A stretch of DNA of 64,000 bases. Origin: Vicugna vicugna (lineage: Eukaryota). Position 1 is the first letter of the stretch; each line of letters starts with the position of its first letter. The notes below the pieces were generated by a model that saw nothing but the letters and a program-made list of their open reading frames with translations, did no database searches and was not told where the DNA came from. Positions 1 through 12,612 of this stretch are shown one piece after another. Both the position numbers and the translations under genes were made by a program. The stretch covers positions 5,126,716 through 5,190,715 of the forward strand of contig MU058337.1 in assembly GCA_013265495.1 (NCBI GenBank). The letters run 5' to 3'.

Positions 1-2282
1 ATGGGTAAAGCAGACTTCAAGAAGTAAACAAAAATAGGATTTCAGGTACTAAAAGCGCTATGAAAAAGTACATATCAGGGTAAGGAATGAACAGGGAGAG
101 GGCTTAGACTGATGAAAACCGGATGGAGTGGACCAGGATGTTACATTCTTCTCCTAATGGAGAAACAATTTTTCTACCATACAGACTCCCAAATGTTTTT
201 TCTCAACCTTAATCTTAGAACACGTACATGTAAGTAAATCAGAAGTGTTATCACAAACCATTAGATCTCACATTTTATACTTTCAATTATGACCAGTAAT
301 AAATGTAATGCTTAAACCCTGAATGCTTTGTTCCCCGAGATAAGAACTTTCTCATAAAGCAAGAGGGGTTCTTTTCATGGGGTTCTTGCCTTTCTGAAAG
401 TTGATTCAAAAATTAGTGTGTAAAGTTCCTGCTTTGAAGTATAATCATTTTACTTGTGAATATGAGTAGGGAAGATTATAAGCTGTCAAGAATTTCCAGA
501 GCTTCTGCCCGTGACAGAATGAAGGGTCCAACATGCTGTATTTAAAACCCAGCTGAATGGATAAAAATAGTATTTAACGTTCATCGTCATTATGAGCTGA
601 AGCAATGTATTGAACCCTTCAATCAAGAAAGGAGACAAAAGACAGGAAATGGGTGAATGACTCATTTCTCCATGTGTTGTCTACATAGTGCTGTTCTGAT
701 AATTGGATGATCTGAAGTTTAAATGAAACGCGTTAATGCATTTTAGAGAGGAGGCAACCACAAAATATTTCAAAAACAAAAACAGAATGTGGTAAAAAGC
801 TGACAGAATCCCATGGAATGATGTAATTAGAAATGCACAAAGATGGTGGACGCATAAAGACAACTTAAATAAAATTAAAAATAAAAAGCCAGGAAGGAGA
901 GCCTGCCTTATACCTACAAACCCAAATTGAAATCTTGTATCTATTCACCATTCTAAAACTGTTTGTTTTAGAATGAATATTAAATGTCAGTATTTAATTT
1001 CTTTTAAAATATATTTGAAGGAACAGCCATTTCAGGAATATCTGTAGGCTGTACTTTAAATAATTGACTTGATCATATTTCCCATGAAGTAACTGGAAGA
1101 TGACTCACCCAAACCCTAGTGACGATGAAATATGTGTATTTTTGCTTCTTGTGAAACATTCATCAGTACCTTCACATACCACTTGTTCAAGCAGTTTCAT
1201 CCCATGAATCTCAGAACAAAAGAAAATTCTGCCTCAAAAGACATCAGCCATGAGTTGACAATATATTTTCAACTCACATTTTCACTCTATAAGATGTCTG
1301 AAATATTTTTTAAAGTTTTTTCTTCATTTCCAGATAAGGTGTTTAAAACACTATATTTATGTTCCTATCTTCTAAATGTAAACAGCTCTTTTAAGTCTTG
1401 ATTTCAGATAGAAAGGGTTGAGCTTTCGATGTGGGCTCCTAACAGTGGGTTCCCAGCTGAGAGACGGGCGCTTGGCCCTCGGAGAGAAAACCAGACGCTG
1501 TAAGCCAGATCATCCACTTTCATGTAGCATTGTGTTCACTTCTCTTTTCTTTTTTTCTAGTCAGGCACTTTTGAATAATGTTGCAAAACTTATTAATAAA
1601 TGCAAACAGTTAAGTAAAACATGCAATACTATGAATGTTTATTACTGGAAGACAAAGTTACTTTTTTACTCCGAAAGAAATTACTGTGAAAGATTTTCAG
1701 TTCTCTCTCATTTTTGCATTCCATAATTATGTGACATGAATGCAGTGGCTGATCTTTTTTTTTTTTTTTTTTTGAGTAAGAAAATAAACAGATACTGAAA
1801 GCCAAATGCTAGTTCATTTTGTCCTCAGCTCACGCTAAGACAAGACACCATGTTCTCCTCTCTTTGTTCTTCAGATGCTGTCCCTTAAGGACAGAAGCAA
1901 CTTATAATATACACACTATGAAGCAAGTGCAGATATGATGTTTTGACTTTTACATGGCATTAAGTTACATTTCATTCCTACCAAATTGTCTATAAAATAA
2001 TGGGACTGACTTTCTTTGAAGAGGGGGAAGTTAAGCTTCTCAAGACGAGCAGTACACTTTCATCAGAACCTCAAGGCACACCCTGAAATCGTGTAAATGT
2101 CAAGTAAGAGTCTTTTTTGATATATTTTTTTCATTACATGTCCTTCCTTTCTTCTAACCTTACATTAACATTTGGTAATATATTTCGTGGTGTACTAGGA
2201 ATTTTCCTCTTAAAAGGGCTTTTTTAAAATTTTAATGAGTTTTCACTCAGTAATAATGAAATGGGGCAATGCAAGGGAGGGG

Positions 2283-2408
2283 TTTTGTGTGTGTGTTTTG
2301 AGGGAGGAGGTAATTTATTCTATTTATTTTAGAGGAGGTACCAGGGATTGAACCCAGCACCTCCTACATGCTAAGCATGCGCTTTACCATTTGAGCTATG
2401 CCCTCCAC
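2283..2408 (-). mobile_element. Camelid tRNA-derived SINE (Vic-1 type)
   Basis: Minus strand GGAGGGCATAGCTCAAATGGTAAAGCGCATGCTTAGCATGTAGGAGGTGCTGGGTTCAATCCCTGGTACCTCC has A-box and B-box motifs, followed by an A-rich linker and the ATTACCTCC tail. Confidence 0.85.
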
Positions 2409-5400
2409 GGAAGGATTTGTTTTTGTTCCAGAACTAAGCCCTATTGTGCAAAATCAACTCAACTCAGTCATGAGCAGCTGAAGGACATCAGCTTAATGTA
2501 AGTGCTACAGGGTTGGACACCGGGAAAGTTTCTTACCCATTCCTAGGAAGTACACTTCCCTTCTAGCCAGATACGGAATTTCCATGAAAACCAAGCGAAG
2601 CAGAGGTACTTGGCGTATAGTAATGGGAGTATTTTTGTCTGTGTGATGGAGCCAATGTAACAACGATGGGCCTAAAATTACTGTTCCAGTCCTTCCGAGT
2701 TCACTTCCCCCATCATTGATTTGATTTCAACGCCAGTGCATGCACACACACATATACTTACACTTATTCACATCTTTGTATATACAAAGTATATATACAA
2801 AGTTCAAATAGAACTTTGTTCTATTTGAAAATTACTTCATTTGAAAATACCATCACCTGTAAGTCATCGGAAGTGCCAACGTGCACTGAAATTCAAGTTT
2901 AGCAAAGCCTGCTGTAAACGACTTCTGATGTATCTTCTCATTTTGTTATTTTTGGTGATCAATTTATAAAACTCTTTATGACTATGAAAAGGGAATTTTC
3001 TAATTAGTACCTGTGGAATTGTCTAGACTTAGTAGGCTCAAACCTTCGCCTCAGCAAAGAGTTAATTTCAGAATTAAATTGGATGTGATTATTTAATTAT
3101 ATCATATGTAAAATCACTCTAATTAAATTTCTTCATAAAGCATTTTTGATGTAATGAATTAGGACAAAATTTATCAAGGCAGTGGACTGAATCTTTGACG
3201 TCCAAACAAATACCATGACGTGACATTTCCAGTACAAGATGGAGCAATATCGTCCGAAATGCTGGAACACACTGAAATATTAAAATCATCACGACTAGTT
3301 TATCACACAGTGGAAGTGAGGAGTAATGATCTGCTATTACTTCTCCTTTCCATCGCTGCAGAGCACAAGCTGAGGCTATTTTTAAGTAGCTCAATGCACT
3401 TAAAAATACCCTGCTAACCTAGGACCAGAACTCAGTGTCTCTAAAGAAAGTCAAAGAAACGGTTCCAGTTAATTTTAAATAGTTTCCTTTTATAAAAATT
3501 ACTGAGGAAATATAAGTAGTATATTGACAAGCCTATATTCTATAAACATTTGAACAATCTTCTAATCAAATATGGAGAATCTGCATTTATGAGCTAGTTC
3601 CTCCTGGTAACCCTTCATTAAACAAGAGGTCACGCAAGTTTCTGATTCATTCAGCTTGAAAATGAATCATAAGATTAAATGACGATAAACTAAGGTAACT
3701 TTCCCGCTAAACAGAGATATATGCTCGATGAGAGGCGCAGGTGGATTTGCCACTGGCTAATTAGAAAGTCGCCTTTCTCCCTGTCAAGAAAAGCATCTGC
3801 AAAAGGTTTCTGCTTCCCCAGATTTTATTTCTAGTTTTACATGTTCTTCTATTCTGAATTGCCATTGGGAATCTCTTGGCTAACATTAGGAACAAACTGA
3901 AAAGGACGTGCATTCTGAAATTTTACATGTATTACATAAGAGAAAACAATGGAAGGAAAAGTATCAAAATGTGTCTCTCACCCATTGGAAAAAACATTCA
4001 ACCTCATGACCGAATAAATTATTAATTAGAGTTTTGCAGGTTCTGCATTTTCTAATAGTTCATTGGAAAATATGTCACTTAAACCTGGTTTCTCAGTTTG
4101 GGCGCTGATGGTTAGATAAACAGTCATTGTTTCCTCTAAGTTCTCTTTGGGTACTGGTTGAACTGCCAAAATCAAGCTATGATGAATATAAATGGTGAGG
4201 CATTTTATTGTCTGGACTTTCTTCAGTTCATATCCTCATATGGGAGTAGAAAATTACTGCTGGAACTGTTTAGAGTATTTGAAAAGGCTCACTACGCCTG
4301 TCTTTATTCACATATAATCACTAACTTCTATATATTTCAGGTTTCCAGTAGCTATTGGCGCTAATCCAAATATACAAAGAGCCGTGCATTTAATCGTCTC
4401 TACCTGAGATTCGGGGATGTGTCTCCTGTCCCCACCGTGGGCACTAGCATTTATACAAAAAGCAAGAACTGAAATGGGGCCACATTTTATCTATTTCTAA
4501 ACCTTGAAGCAAATAACACAATTATACTCTCTTTAATAAGCTTTGAGACTATGTTTTTTTTACTCCATACAACTATAGGACATGGAATAATGCTGTGACT
4601 AACAAAAGTAATTTGCTTATGACTAACTTGGAGTTTGTTTCAAAGAGATAATATTTATTCAATCTATTGAAATAGATGTTATTTTTGGCTCTGGTTTATT
4701 TATCCATATATTTAACATGTGTTTTATTTTCTTTGGTTTGAGTTTTTTCTCTTTTTTTTTTTCCCTCGGAGGGAGATTAGGGGTAGGGATAGCCCAGTGA
4801 CTAAATCATTTGCTTCACAGAATATTTTGTTCTACAAAAGCTTGAGAAAGTCTTATTTGCAGAGGCAGCAGAGACAATTTAGGCAACCAAAATTATTTTT
4901 TTTAAGTTTGTACAAATGATATGAAAATTCCCAGATAATTGTACGTTCTCAGTTTCTTTTTGATCGTATAATACACAATTTAACATGTTCCCAGTGCAGC
5001 TATTACAGTGAAGATATGCCCTTGAAGCTACAAAAGAAAAGAAAAAAAAAGAAACTAAAATAGAAATTAAACCTACTTGCCTATAAAACAAATTCTTTGG
5101 ACTGGAAACACACACACACACACACCCTAATTTTCAAAAGGATCTGTATCTATGTATTTATATTAAATGTAGGAAACACTGGCCTTGTTGATATTACGGA
5201 ACATGAAGACATCATGGCTGCCTTAGGGCATTTCCCTTGCTGGTACCACCCCAGGATCACTCTTTCACACCATCCCACCTCCTTCAATAAATCAGTGACA
5301 CGGCTTAATAACATTTCACGATTGCGTCTTCTCAGGCCAGGTAGATATGAAAATAGTAAATTGTGCCCAAGGGCAGATCTGTGCTTTAGGGATGTGCCTG

Positions 5401-5569
5401 AAGTGGCTTACAAGAACTCAGACAGTCAGATCAGCGATATCCCTTGAAGCTCAAGACACAGCAGGCGCTCCCACCATACTCGGATATTCATGTATGCTTT
5501 GAAATATAAATTAGAAAGTTAACTATTCTTTTAGCTCTTCATTCAGTACCAAGAAAGCCCATTCTCCAG

Positions 5570-5710
5570 CAGTGCTCCTCTGTTCCAAGACCACCAGAAT
5601 CTGCAACACCCAGGGACTTATCAGAAGCAAAAAGTTCAGGGTCCACTCCAGACCTGCTGTGTCTGAAACTCCAGGTGATCCTGAGGTACTGTAAGGTCTG
5701 AGAACCACTG
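5570..5710. mobile_element. MER5A-like hAT-Charlie MITE
   Basis: CAGTG...GAGAACCACTG termini and the internal motif CCACTCCAGACCTGCTGTGTCTGAAACT. Confidence 0.7.
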
Positions 5711-6079
5711 CTTTGTCATTAACAGCAAGAAATTTAAACACACTATTACCAGGTAAAATTAAACCAAAGGCTGAACTTAGCCTGTGACTCAGAAGTTGCC
5801 CTTTTCTGAATCAATGTTAGAAGAGCAGCATTTTTACTTCCAAACTTGAAAACCTGACAGTCTGTTTTAAGAAAAACTAAGGTCAAGAAAGAAAATAATG
5901 CATTTTCCTCCCCAAATTATTTTTGAATGGAGATAAAATAAAAGCAGTATAAACAGATGCATATTATTGTGTATATTGTGTGTCTTTTTTTTAAACTCTA
6001 AACCTCTGATAATAGGCACTCATGCCTGGAAAACTGCACATTGGAGAAAACTTGATACTTTCTCTATGCCTTTGAGGTG

Positions 6080-6312
6080 TGTATATATATAAATATATAA
6101 AACTATAGTCAGTTTGCAATGTTGTGTCAATTTCTGGTGGACAGCACAATGCTTCAGCCATACGTGAACATGCACATATGCATTTTCATATTCTCTTTCA
6201 CCACAGGTTACTATAAGATACTGAATATAGTTCCCTGTGCTATACAGCATAAACTTCCTGTTTATTTATCTTATATATATTAGTATCTGCAAACCTCGAA
6301 CTCCCAATTTAT
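6080..6312 (-). mobile_element. 5'-truncated young cetartiodactyl/camelid L1 3' end
   Basis: Contains TATAGTTCCCTGTGCTATACAG and the AATGTTGTGTCAATTTCTGGTG 3'-UTR motifs. ORF 6020..6250 (MLYSTGNYIQYL...) is the usual spurious ORF of this UTR. Confidence 0.8.
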
Positions 6313-6314
6313 GT

Positions 6315-7100
6315 CTTACTTTTTATCGTCAAGTAATATTTCATTTTACAAATTACCACCATTTCCATACCCATTAAGTATTTTTTGTAGACATTTACCC
6401 TGGGTTAACTGTTAAGCGGCATGGCTGGGTCACAGAATAGAGTATACTTTTTTCAAAGTAGGTGTTCCATTTTAGACTCCCAACAGCAAGGGATGAGAAT
6501 TCTGGACTCCGCATTCTCACCAACATCTGGTGTTTTTAGCCTCTTGAATTCCATCCATTCCAATGGTTGTGCAGGGGTAATCATCGGGGTTTTCATTGAC
6601 ACTTCCCTGATAATGACATTGAGCACTTTTCTACATGGTTGTGCCAAGCGTAAGTCTTCTTCTATGGAGACTAATCAAGTCTTTTTTCTATGTAAGTGGG
6701 TTGTTTATCTTTTATTACTGAGTAATAAGTGTTGCTTTTACATTTTAAGTCCAAGGAAGTTATTGGCAGACATATATATTGAGAATTTTGTATCCTATGT
6801 GTGGCTTTCTTTTCCATTTTATAAATAGTGTCTTTTGATAACTGGAAGTTTATTGTTTTTATTATGAGGCAGTTTAATTTATCACTATTTATTTTATGGT
6901 TTGTGCCTTTGGCATCCCCTATTAAAACCTCAGCCTAACCCAAGGTCACTAAAATATCATCTTATGTTTTCTCCTAGAAACTGTTTTTTTCAACTTTTAC
7001 ACTTGGTTATGTATGGTGTCCATTCGCTTTTTCCTACATTTATTCCATTGTTCCAGCACCATTTGTTGAAAGGTTTCCTTTCCTCATTGGCTTGTCCTGA
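6315..7100 (-). mobile_element. Old L1M (ORF2 3' region) fragment
   Basis: Motifs CCATTTTAGACTCCCAACAGCAAGGGATGAG, CCTAACCCAAGGTCAC and TTGTTCCAGCACCATTTGTTGAAA are typical of antisense L1 ORF2. Confidence 0.75.
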
Positions 7101-7949
7101 TGACCAACTGTGTGTGTGGAGATCCTCTTCACTTTTGTTTTTATATACTTTTGTATACACGTCTTTTCATATTCTATGTCACTAAAAATAATGGAGATAA
7201 TTTTTTTGATACTCAAAAAATGAGTCATGGACATGGTAATGCTCCCCCCATCACACACAGAGTTCTTCAGTTGGCAAATTTAGGCCAAAACACGACTTCA
7301 CTTGCTGTCATTTGTTACTTTGACATCTTTTACCACTCTCGCAATATTTCAACATGATCTATGAGAGTATGACCTGTGTGATAAATGTCTGCAATTTTCT
7401 TCAGTAGTTTCTCTAAGTGGGTGTCTGAAAATGTGTCTATAAAAACCTCATTAAGTGATTTTCATCATTTAAAGAATTATATATATACTTAACATCTACA
7501 CATTATTTTTACGTAACAAGAGAAAACATTGGGAAACTCTGCATCACTATTTCTTTTCACTTGTAAAGAAACCCTAACTAAATATAAAATCATAATAAAT
7601 TGGCCTTAAAGTGAAAATGAATACTAGTGGATAATTATAGCTATCAAAGGATTTCTCATAATATTTACAGATTATAAAATGACAGCTTTTGAGCCATTTA
7701 TGATCAAATAAAATTTCATGAAACACAGGCTCTGTGAAATGTTTCAGGGGAGAAATGCTCTAGGTTCAATCCATCATCAGGTTGGACAGAGTTAAGATGT
7801 TTCCTTACTGTGGGAGGCATCACTGCCTTTGCCAAACTGATGGACATGTGTATTTCTAAAGAAAACAGAGAAATCCACACAGGGATGGTAAGAAAAACTA
7901 CAGAACCAGCAAAACACAAGTCAAATTCAGGAAAACACATGCTTCTAAA

Positions 7950-9950
7950 AGAAGACCTTTTTTCTTCGTTGATTGCAACAAGAGATATAGTTTCATTAAA
8001 AAAAAAAAAAGGCCAAACAGGAGAGTTAATTAAGATGAAAGGAACAGGGTGAGGCCGGGAGAGGAACACAGAAAGTCGAGCACATTTGAGACATTAAAGC
8101 CTCCAGTGAAAACAACAGAGGGCAGCACCTACAGGGGGATGGTCTCACCAGTAATCTGGTATATAAAGTCGACAGTATTTCCAAAAATGCAGAGGAAGTG
8201 AATAAAGACAAAATTACTGGAGGATGATGCTGGATGTAGGACTATCCAACCTAAAAGTCATGGGTCTTCCTGGGGAGAATGAAGCACAACAGTACAGAAG
8301 TGATGCTGAAGATGTCCTTGACAAATGCATTTGGTACCTAAAATCAGAGTTCAGACTGAAGCCACAATTTACCATGCTCCACGGAAAGAGCAATGAAAAG
8401 AGATTCACATAACGATGGAATTTAAATATACAGAGGGGAAATAAATGTAGATCACCTACAAAGGATCCGACTTTTTGTATCATTAAAAATATCAGGAGGA
8501 AATGGAACATTTAGAGATAAAATATTATCATTTAAGATACTGATTTCCAAAGGGAACTTGATGTTCAGGTTTAGGGGCAATAGAAAAATAATCTTAGATA
8601 TTCAAGGTTTTGACAAATAAATTACCCAAATAAAATTCTTTAAAAATTTACTTCAAAATGCATAACAGAGAAATATGAATCAAAGGTAACAAAAATCTGG
8701 GAGAAGTGGACACTGGGACAGGTTATAAGCACTGTAATCATTACTTATAGTAGTTAGATTCAATGACCATTATAGATAGGGTTACACAGCTTAATGAAAA
8801 TGTCAAAAATAGTGCTTGAAACAGAAGCACTAGAAATAGTCATAATTTAAGTGTATTTAATGAGTTCTAAAATCCAAAATTACAATAGTTTCCAGTGAGT
8901 AAAGATGAAAGGAAAATAAAATGAAGCTAAATCTTTCATTTTCAATAGATGAAGGGCAAATGATACCGTTTAATCAGAGACCTTGATCCTTGCAAAAATT
9001 TATATTACTTTAAAAACATTGTCAGTATAAGGTAACAATTCAGAAATGTAAAAACAGATTTATTTATTTGCAGAGCATTGGAGATTAAAACCTATAAAAT
9101 GTGTTTCATATAGTAATTGAAACAAAACTCAGAAAACAAAAAATGGCATGAAAAAAGGACAAAAAAACTTGGCAGGAATAAAAGCAAATATATCAGGATA
9201 ATAAACTCAAAATACTTTAATCTGCACTCTTACAGAAAAGATTCACAGATTAGATACAAATTAAACAAAATGCTATACTCAAATGTGTCATGCTCCCAAA
9301 AGACAAATTAGACTCTAAAGAATGAAGAATAAAAGTAAAAGGTTGGCAAAGATTTATCAAGCATATAGAAAAAACAGATGGTAATAAATTTCAGACCTAG
9401 TAGAATTTAATACAAAGCAACTAAACAAGAAGGTCATATAATTTTTTTCTCTTTTATAATTTAAACGTTAATGAATATGTGAAGTTGTGAATTTTTTGCC
9501 CGTATCATGCCTGATCAATATATATGACATAAAACCACCAGAAACAAAATGAGAAATTGATTATCATTATGGGAAATTTAGTACTCTTCTTTCCATCTTA
9601 GATAAATTATATCTAAACAGGATCATATGGGATCAGAACAAAATCATCAATAGGGCTAATTTATTAAATACATCAGCTTTCTTGATCCATAGAATATGTA
9701 CCAAAATTGGTTATATATATCACATACTGGCTCACATAAAAATCATTGAAATATTCCAAAACATGATTTCTGTAAGCTATATTATGTGATCATAATACCA
9801 TAAACCTAGAAAGAAATAACACTCCCCCTCAAAAAAAAAAGTAAGTGAAAGAGAAATTCTACAACTCAGACTACACTGTGAGAAGCAGTGCAAATCAAAG
9901 TAAACCATAAAACCTATCATAGAAGTTAGTGAAATAGAAGAGAAAATTCC
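7950..9950 (+). mobile_element. Highly decayed L1 with ORF1 and endonuclease remnants
   Basis: LSNLKVMGLPGENE (8224..) resembles the ORF1p RRM start (NLRxIGxPE). AAAGTAAAAGGTTGG..AAGATTTATCAAGCA (about 9331-9363) gives frameshifted KVKGW.KIYQA. ATCATTATGGGAAATTT (about 9563) resembles IIxGDFN. Confidence 0.6.
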
Positions 9951-9957
9951 ACAAGTA

Positions 9958-10110
9958 ATTCTCATTTAATCCTAACAAGAGATTTATCCTTACTTGTAGA
10001 TAAGATAAAGGAGAATCAGAAAGGTTAAGTGACCTCTGCTAAGTCACACAGCCTGAAAATGGCTGAAGCAGGACTTCAACCCAGATCTTGTCTCCTATTC
10101 CAGAACAATT
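9958..10110 (-). mobile_element. MIR SINE
   Basis: CTCATTTAATCCT...AGGTTAAGTGAC...AAGTCACACAGC...GCAGGACTTCAACCCAG is the MIR core. Confidence 0.7.
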
Positions 10111-12094
10111 TTCAAGATGCTCCATTGGCTCTCTATTGAGGAAACTCAGATCACAACTGGAAAGCATTTAATGAGCTAATCCCTTGATTCTAAGACTTTT
10201 TTTTTTTTAGTTTTTGAAGTTAGGATGAATCTTGAAATGATTTCTCTAAAAAATGATGTACTTTCATTGCCTGCAAGTAGGCAAATTAACATCAATAGAA
10301 AATATCTGATTAGGATTTCTCCACAATTGAATTAACTTTAATAAGAATGTGTGTGGCTGGATTTTAATTTAAATCCAAATCCTTCATTTGTATTTAAAAA
10401 AAAAACTGTACAAAGCATTGAAACACAAGAAAGCTACTGTGCCTGCAAAAAACTGCCATGAGCAAAGTGAAAAATCAATTTAGTTCAAGGCAGTAGAAAC
10501 TGCCAGGTTTCCTGGAGTAGAGAGTACTTTTTAAAACTAGGAGAGAGAGACATGGGTGATTCTTCAAAAGGACCATCACTCATGTGCTAACACCAATCAG
10601 TGACTTTTAAGATAAGCTGCTTGTCCTGGAGAAAGTTGTTATTCTCTTACAAATACTTTTTTTAAAAAAACGGAAATGCCCACAAAAATCTGTTATTTTT
10701 TTTTTTTGCACCATGAATTTACAGCATCATTTTCAAAATGCTTCATAGATCAAGGACTATGCAAAAGGCTATAAAAATATATGGGTTATAATGATGCATA
10801 TTTTGAAATAGCAAAAAAGTTATAAAGAATTTGCAGGCACTATCTATGAAGAAGGCTTAGTCTTTTTGATAATAAAATTGATAAATATTTGCCATTTTTA
10901 ATTTTGTTTAAATGAGGATATTTAATATAGCATTTCTACTCCCAAACCTGTTATTTACATAGTTGCCAACCATTGGTCTGCTTTATCTGAATGTCTTAAA
11001 CCTAGGAAAGAGTTTATGCTGGTTGTATTGGGGATGTAAGCATTTTTCCTGGTCCAGCACTGTTCCTTTCTAGACAACTGTCATCAGAAAAGAAACTGAT
11101 ATCCATCCACTTCCTCCTGTTTCTGAAGTTTCAATTTGTGGTTATTTCATTGAACACTCCAACTCAAATTTATTCTAGTAGGATGGTGATATTAAAGCTG
11201 ACAGAGGCTTTAATCATCACAGAGCCTGAGATACCAGTTTCATTTCTACTGAGTGTTCAAATAAAGTTAGCAACAAACGTAATATGATGCAACATGATAA
11301 AGATAATTTTCAGGATGTGCACGTACTGCTTTCAGTTTCTGATATTTAAATCCATTTACTGTCATGTTATTTCTACAGTCTCTTCAAATGCTGAATTGAA
11401 ATATCACCCCATGATGAAAAACCACTTAAAGTATATTTGCTGTTCTCTCCAATAATTAATGCAATCTTTCAAAATTAAAAGAAAAATATCTTCCTTTTTA
11501 AACATTAATTTGTCAAATGCTTAAATATCAACCTTAGTTTGTAGCATGTGGAGGAATCATTCCAGAAATGTAAAGGTTAGGCACATTACTAATGCATTTA
11601 AATTCCAGTTTTCAATTTCCTCTTCAATTTTCCCATCTAGCTTAGCAGGAACCAGCATACCTTAATCAGTAATTTGGCTCCATCAGGCCTGAATGCAGGC
11701 ACTCCTAATGACCTTACAAATGCATTTCTAGTGGGAGGGAGTATAGAGCCAAGACATGAAGGAGAGTAATCAAGAATCAAAAGATTTCATTTGGTACCAG
11801 GAGAGGAAATTATTTTAAAAATATGTTTGGGTACCTCAAAATATCATTCTGAATTTATTATCATTATTTTCTTTTAAGATTTCATAAAAATACTGGCCAG
11901 GGCACTCTTTGGCCCCTTGTCATTGAATCTAGAAGGATCACGTTCCCCACGTGCTAAGAGAGAAGGCTCAACCTCCAGGCACTGCCATAATTTCCAGGGC
12001 CTCCAAAGCGGTCATTACCACCCACCCAGACCTCTCAACCCTTCCTCTGGCAAAGAGAAGCCAAACCTGCTGGCAGACCTGTAACAAAGGACCA

Positions 12095-12257
12095 ATGCAG
12101 TCCTAATCAGTCCTCATGGTGAGTACCAGTCCCTTGCGGATGGCATTACAATGCAGATTCTGGTTAAGTGGGCCTGAGGTGGGGTCTGGTTTCTGAGCCC
12201 CTAGATCATGTGATGCTGATACTATCGGTCCAAGGACCACACTCTGGACAGCAAAGG
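12095..12257. mobile_element. MER5A-like hAT MITE
   Basis: ATGCAGATTCTGG...GGTGGGGTCTG...GTGATGCTGAT...GGACCACACT motifs. Confidence 0.65.
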
Positions 12258-12318
12258 TATAATGGTTGAGGCCTGGTATTGCTTTCAACATTATTGAGTC
12301 AAAATCCCATCATGGCAG

Positions 12319-12420
12319 GGGTGGGGTAGTATAGCTCAGTGGTAGAGCAGATGCTTAGCATGCATGAGGTCCTGGGTTCAATCCCTGGTACCTCCATTAG
12401 GAAAATAAAACAATTAAAAG
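12319..12420 (+). mobile_element. Camelid tRNA-derived SINE (Vic-1 type, short-tailed) inserted in a MIR
   Basis: TATAGCTCAGTGGTAGAGCAGATGCTTAGCATGCATGAGGTCCTGGGTTCAATCCCTGGTACCTCC plus an A-rich tail. Confidence 0.88.
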
Positions 12421-12612
12421 AAATCCTGCCATTTATCAGCTATGACATTTTGCACAAGTCATTCCCCTGAGTTTGATTTCCTCCTGGGTGGACTGACAGT
12501 TATCTACTGATTATTTTTTAATGTTAGAGTGTAACTGATACATTTGCAGGAAGTCTTTAGAACAGTGTCTAACATACTGTAAGTGCTCACTGAAAGTTAG
12601 CTGTTACTATTA
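12421..12612 (+). mobile_element. MIR SINE (3' part; 5' part at about 12257-12310)
   Basis: CCATTTATCAGCTATGAC...CAAGTCA...AGAACAGTGTCTAACATACTGTAAGTGCTCA...TTAGCTGTTACTATTA. Confidence 0.65.

Noticed and set aside
12329..12395. tRNA-like sequence with A and B boxes
   Set aside because: It is the head of a SINE found three times in the window, has an A-rich tail, and shows no proper acceptor stem.
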